Positions 35,431 through 40,936 of a stretch of 40,936 nt of DNA are shown piece after piece; the stretch's first letter is position 1, and every line of letters starts with the position of its first letter. The DNA is from Perkinsus chesapeaki ATCC PRA-425 (taxonomy: Eukaryota > Protista > Perkinsozoa): the NCBI GenBank assembly GCA_013115145.1, contig JAAPAO010000307.1, positions 1-40,936 of the forward strand, given 5' to 3'. Position numbers and translations under genes: made by a program. The notes beneath the pieces are model-generated. The model ran no database searches. It was given only the letters and a program-made list of their open reading frames with translations, and was not told where the DNA came from.

Positions 35431-35891
35431 TGTGCATGATGAGTTTCTAGAAGTTAATGTTAAGTTGGGTTATACAAATGTAGTGTATGGAGAGATGAAA
35501 GAAGCCGACTCCGTGCCGAGCTCCACACATGCGTACCTGCCAGTACATAGATAATAATTATCTGATCTCGGGGTTACCGATATTCCAAATCACTTCGGCA
35601 ACGTTTCCGTGTTGACTTATCAGTTCTCGATAGTGTTAGGCGCTGAAGCTTGGGTGGGATATTCAAGCCTTTGCAACAGCAAGCCTGCCTAAGTTTGTGG
35701 CTCAGAATCACCCATCTGACATCAGAGCATGCTGACGTGATATTCTAAGCGACTGATTCGGATATTGTTCTTAGTAGCAGCAAGATGAGATGTGTTGCTT
35801 GTTGGAGTGACTTATGTGATATTTCGGTGACACATGCGTCGTTTGAAGGATCTTGGGAGAGGCTTTCCAATACAATTAAAAATATCATTAT

Positions 35892-36601
35892 TCAACAATC
35901 GGCTATAATGGACGCGATGGCAACAGTTACTGAAATATTCAAAAAAGGCTTTATTCCTGCTCTGCTGATACGCGTGCGGTAAACACGTTGCGTCGACATA
36001 TTCCGATTGCAGGACGGCCATAAAAGCTCTGTAGTCGATCTTATTCCACCACTGCAACACTCCTCCACTATGCTTGTTATCCAACTATCCATCACTGCAA
36101 CACAACACCATCTACGATACACGTTATCATCATAGTGTTTCATCTGAAGTAGAAGACAGTCGCGAAGAGCAAGAATGTCGCAACGCCTAGGAGGATCGGA
36201 CTGACGTGATTCTCGTGGAAGTGTGGGGCAATCAATACAGCAATAGCGCAGATAATGGTGGATAGGACAGAAGTGACAAGTGCCACTTTACCCATGAAAT
36301 ACATATTAACCCACCAAGCTGCCACCAGGAATCCTAATAGGTATAAGAATAGGGCGAGAATGCAGAATACGCCGGTAACCAACCAACCATAGGCAACACA
36401 CTTTGCTTTACACATTGAGCTTTGGCCACCACCACACCCATCACAAGGTGCTTTAATGATGTCGGATACTATTAGAGCGGCTATATGGAGGGCAAAGGCT
36501 GTGACTACGAGGAGGACGAATGCCCAGTATTCCCCACTGTGGGGTGTGTAACCACCACCTGTACGACGGACTTCGCGATAACCATAGGTATGGTAAGGCA
36601 T
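35892..36601 (-). CDS. Small multi-pass membrane protein (hypothetical; 3' end uncertain)
   Basis: The 153-aa ORF 36140-36601 has three or more hydrophobic segments and a Cys-rich loop (PCDGCGGGQSSMCKAKC). A probable GT-AG intron near 36144-36203 would extend it into the ORFs at 35892-36143. Confidence 0.6.
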
Positions 36602-36855
36602 CCCAAAAGGGAGAGAGGAGGGGCTTAAACGAAAGAGGCTGAATTGGTAATGGTAACCTCAGCCTAGGATGAACATGCTCTTCTATTGCTGCTCCTACGA
36701 ATTCACGGAATAGTTCCTCTTGGCAACGTACGAGGATCTCGATTATTTGATGATATTGACAACTCGAATCTATGCAGAATGATATAATCACATCAAATAA
36801 TCGAGCAGTGTCAACTGATAGTGCGACTGTCTCATTGTACTTCCAAAACAGGCTA

Positions 36856-38958
36856 TCACGCGCCAACCCACTTATCAGAAGGGAAAAGTGTCTGAAAGCA
36901 GCAGCAACAACAAAGCTGTCCAAACACTGTCGTACTGGGTGGAATGCTACCTTGTTGGCCGATACACCGGCGGCCGAGCAGACAGGGGGAACCGAGCGGA
37001 CACCGACGAACTTGGTGCGATCATAGGAGTCCTTGTTCTTATAGGCGACGATCATATGGACAGTGCCTGATGGAACTGATGGGAAGGCAGGGGAAGGAAT
37101 GGGCTTACTGCCGCCGCCTCGGGCAATCATCACGCTCCAAGCTAAGAAGATAATCCATATACGATACCACTTATCGCCGAAGGATGAAACCTGAGCAAAG
37201 AGAATAGACAGTCTACAGTGGGGGTGCTGTAACTGACCATAGTGTTCTTGTTCTTGATGCAGTTGTCCAACCAACGGGAGATGGTCTCTGCGTATCTGAA
37301 ATGGAACTGACCAGCGCGGCGAAGCCTAGATGGAGCCTGGCGTAGTACTGGATTCCTTCATTCTCGTGACTCTGGACTTCAAATCCTGCTGCTTCAAGCT
37401 GGGCAATGACCCAGGCCAACGGTAAAGAGGCATCAGCTGCCGGGAAGATATACCTGTCATGTTGATCTTGCCGCGCTATATGGGTGGTCATTACGTTCCC
37501 ATGAACATGCCCCAGATGAGATCCTCGTATTGCCAAGCTCTCCTGAGGCCGGCGATTTGGAGATAAAAGATACCATCATCTTCAAGCATGTTATAGATCT
37601 GAGCACCCCATTGGTCATCAACTGCGCGGCGGCGGTGGAGTAATCAAACCTGTTTCATAAAACTGGGGTAATTCTTGACACCGACGTGCTCGGACATTTC
37701 CAGACACGTAATCTTGTTCCATCGTTTGTCCCTGACAGTTTGGTTTCGGACTTCACATCATCATCATCTCGCTTACTTTGGGATGTCACGATAGTCACAG
37801 TAGAGGAAGTCGATCTTCTCGGGAGCTACACCAGCTTCCTTTTGCTTTCCCTTTGCCCAAACTATCTGTTCCTTAGCAATGGTGACCGCGGTTGCTGCAA
37901 AGGGGAAGAGGCAGCATATTCATTGACTGTTCTACCAGCTGGTAGCTTACTCTGACAGCCGTAGTATTTAGAGGCATGTATAGCGAGAGTACCCCAACCA
38001 CAGCCGACATCCAGCAGCCTATCACCTGTTGATAAACCTCACTAGTAAATGATGGATGCTGCTGCTGCTGCTTATTACCTTGCTGGAGCTGTGCCTTACG
38101 GCAGACTATATCCAGCTTATTTCTTTGGGCATCCTCGAGAGTATCCTTGTATGAGGAAAAGACAGCAGAAGTGTAACTGGGTAGAGAGACACGCTGATCA
38201 TTTGGGGCCAGACGGGGCCTTACACCATCATAGGGCCAAGGAAGGAGCGGTAGAAGTCGTTACCACGATCGTAGGTGCCAGCAACCTGAAGGTGGAGAGT
38301 AGATGTCGGAGGCGGGGATCCAACTTGCCTCCTCGATGTCCATAGTCTGAGCATGGCTCATGCCTTGTGGCAAGAACCTTCCTAATAGAAATCTGATATG
38401 GAACGGTGTGAAGCACATTCTAAATAGCTTATTCTTGTGTTGTTCAAAAAGTGTACCTAATCAAGGAGCTCGGCGGCGAGGGAGAAGGGTCAACTACTTA
38501 CGAACGTCAACTTTGAGATCAACCCTAGAGTTGATGAAGTCTTCATAGAAGCATTGCATTGGAACCCTCTTACTGCCGTATTTGGACCGCAGGGAGGGAT
38601 CTTTGAAGGCCAGCCATTTATCCCAGTCAACGGTGACATCTGAATAGTAATTAACAAAGTGGTCGAGTGGTATAGGACTCACCGTCTCTGTCATGCAAGC
38701 GGCTGGTGATCCACATAGTGGCCATGAAGCCAATGCCAGCGATGATGAGGAGGCTACCGACGGCTAAACCACACTTTAGGGTTTCAATAGTGAGGGAGGT
38801 CAGGAAGGATGTCAGGCAGGTGGGTATACCAGAGGCCTGAGAGGGATAGTAGGACTGGTGCTGGAAGGTTAAGCTACGAGTGTGCGGAAGGCTGCGGCAA
38901 CAAGAACGACGGTAGCATAGATTGATGGTAGCTGGGATAGGGTGTCGACGTCGATCAT
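36856..38958 (-). CDS. Sphingolipid C9-methyltransferase-like / cyclopropane-fatty-acyl-phospholipid synthase family SAM-dependent enzyme, multi-exon (3' end approximate)
   Basis: N-terminal hydrophobic segments, then SKYGSKRVPMQCFYEDFI, TYDRGNDFYRSFLGPMMV/YTSAVF...DTLEDAQRNKL, CDYRDIP, KITCLEMSEHVG, MLEDDGIFYLQIAGLRRAWQYEDLIWGMFM, YIFPAADASLPL and KWYRIWIIFLAWS. Confidence 0.9.
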
Positions 38959-39358
38959 AGTGGGGATAAAAAACGAGTATTCCCTGAAGCGGGGATGCAA
39001 TGCTAAACCTCGGAGTGCATACTAGAAAGGTTTCAGTGATTCGAAGCTCGCCTCTCGTAGAGTTCAGTTACAAGGAGGATTAACGCCCTCGTCAACGATC
39101 GTTCATACTGCGCGCACCGCTCCGCTAAGATATGATGCATGTTCTACATTTTCATCCGCGCCGGTTCCCGATGGATGCTTCATCCTCCATTTCAGCTTTC
39201 TCTTCGGCAGCCGTTCGTGAACTAGTATCAACGCTTCTGAGTGGAAGTAAGCTCCTTGGAATCTTACGGGGATCCAGACGAATGGCTATGTGGATGGGCG
39301 GCGGCGACGACATGGTCAAATTTTCTTCCTTGTACGGTTAGTGGATTGCCCTTGTTAA

Positions 39359-40936
39359 ATGAGGCCACCGTCATACTCCTCCTCCTCCAGCAGCAGCAGT
39401 AGTAGTGAGGATGGCCCAGACAGCGATATGTGCTCAGAGGGATGGTCAGATAGCGAACTAGAAGTCAGTGATCATGAAGAGGTAGTATCTTTGGGTTGAC
39501 CGTGCAAGATACCAGATAGGTCACTTTCAGGAATCTCCAGTTCTCTGTTGTATATGTGATTTTTCCAGCCAAGACTCTGTGGCGGAGATCTGGTCCCACA
39601 TGCGATCAGCTCATAACGTAAACTCCAACGGGCAGTTTGATCTCACCGATGACTACCTCCGCATGAAGCTTGTCAACTACCTAAGGAAGAACCACCAGCC
39701 CCCTTCGAGTGTCTCGGACTTGGACTCTGATGAGTGGCTGCAGCCGGTGCTCGAAGATGACAGGCTCCTGTGCGAGGAGATCGGTGACATTGATATGGAG
39801 AACTCTCCTAATACCGGCAACACCCCGGGTGTCTCCCAGAATCCTAACGATCTAAGTCGAGATCAGCTCTTGGCTGAGAACGCTTTTTTGCGCGCACAGG
39901 TTGAGGATCTCAGACGCTTACTAATAGATGAGGATGACGAGACAACAACAGCAACCTCGAGGCCACGTAAGGGAGCTGGACGGTACTATACTGGGAAGAG
40001 CTTTAGTGGAGAGCCGGTCTACAGTGAGCCTGGCCAAGTTGGTAGGGGGGCTCCTACAATATTTAGAGAGTAATGAGGGATCAGGGGCAGCTTATACGAT
40101 AGTTACTGTTACTAAGACTATATAGTATTGAGTTTGTAATTGTTGGAACTTGTGATAGTTGGATGGTTAATTCTTAATGCAAAGGCTGCCTCGGATACCC
40201 TTCTTTGAGCGCCGGCCTTTGGTGGCTGTAGATGGAATGGAGGGTCGTAGGATAACATGCGCTGCAGGAGGCTCGGATGCAGTATGGCTAGGCTCTGAGG
40301 ATGGGGCTATAGTTAAACTGGAAAGAGAGTAAGATAGGAACAAAGAGTAGGGCTAGGCAGAGCTACTTACGGGGATTTGCAAACATGTAGAAACTTGAGC
40401 TTGGTTGTTTCCTTTTTATAAGGTTAATGTTGTATCAATCAATAGGATATATAGTATGTATCAATCTCTTCGGGAAATCTGTTTAGAGCTTTTGACTTTA
40501 TACGGTTCTAAAATCGACCCGGAAGGAATGAGCCACTTCCCCGTTGAAGCTCCTGGATCTCTGATGAGCTGCATTTCGTGCGATTTGTGCGCATGAAATC
40601 TATTGTTGTTGTCTTTGGTCAGTTTACGGTCATCGACTGCAGCAGCTGCCCTGACCAGTAGTGGATCGGAGGAGGGCCATCAGCAGGCACCATTACAAGC
40701 TTTTAATAGGGGTATAGTGGGGCTCAGAGATGTACCCTTGAAGCAGTGTGTGGTGGCTGTTGGAGAGGACTCCGTGGTGCCAGGATTGGAATCAGCTACA
40801 TGCTGGAAGTAATAGAGGAGTTGGCATGGGGGGTGTACTGTATAGTAAGGAATGGGTTACTATTAGAAAGGAGTTTGATAGGAAATATGTTACTAGTGAT
40901 ACGGAGGAGGAGATATAATAGAAAGGAGTTTGATAG
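39359..40936 (+). CDS. Protein with a PRMT3/ZNF277-like N-terminal acidic + zinc-finger region (partial; downstream exons unresolved)
   Basis: Acidic start (SSSSEDGPDSD, WSDSELE), then EIWSHMRSAH, DDYLRMKLVNYLRK and WLQPVLEDDRLL, resembling the PRMT3 N-terminus (F..HCKSEH, YIKLINFIR, LKPVLEDDLLL). No methyltransferase core was identified within the window. Confidence 0.55.

Noticed and set aside
36453-37274. 273-aa ORF apparently bridging the methyltransferase and the membrane-protein gene
   Set aside because: It reads through putative introns and intergenic DNA and overlaps the downstream gene in a different frame; no evidence for a real fusion.

Overview
This is gene-dense eukaryotic nuclear DNA with many short (~40-90 nt) introns, most consistent with a perkinsid alveolate (Perkinsus-like). 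The taxon is inferred from the gene architecture, an intronless multicopy secreted-protein family and a spliced-leader-like relic. Recognisable multi-exon genes are Rab28, a base-exchange phosphatidylserine synthase, Sec31, an ASH2L-like SPRY protein, a fungal-type sphingolipid C9-methyltransferase/CFA-synthase-family enzyme and a PRMT3-N-terminus-like zinc-finger protein, plus tRNA-Ala(UGC) and several hypothetical genes. Five minus-strand, intronless paralogs of a ~245-aa secreted, internally duplicated protein occur in two clusters: two are intact, three are frameshifted, and all share a CGCATG/CGCACG-core motif about 60-80 nt upstream. The main unexplained signals are (i) recurrent, often chained palindromes with a 1-nt centre in intergenic DNA, (ii) a degenerate spliced-leader copy upstream of one paralog, and (iii) a B-box-like inverted repeat split between two Sec31 introns. 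Exon boundaries were read by eye, so coordinates of multi-exon genes are gene spans and some ends are approximate.
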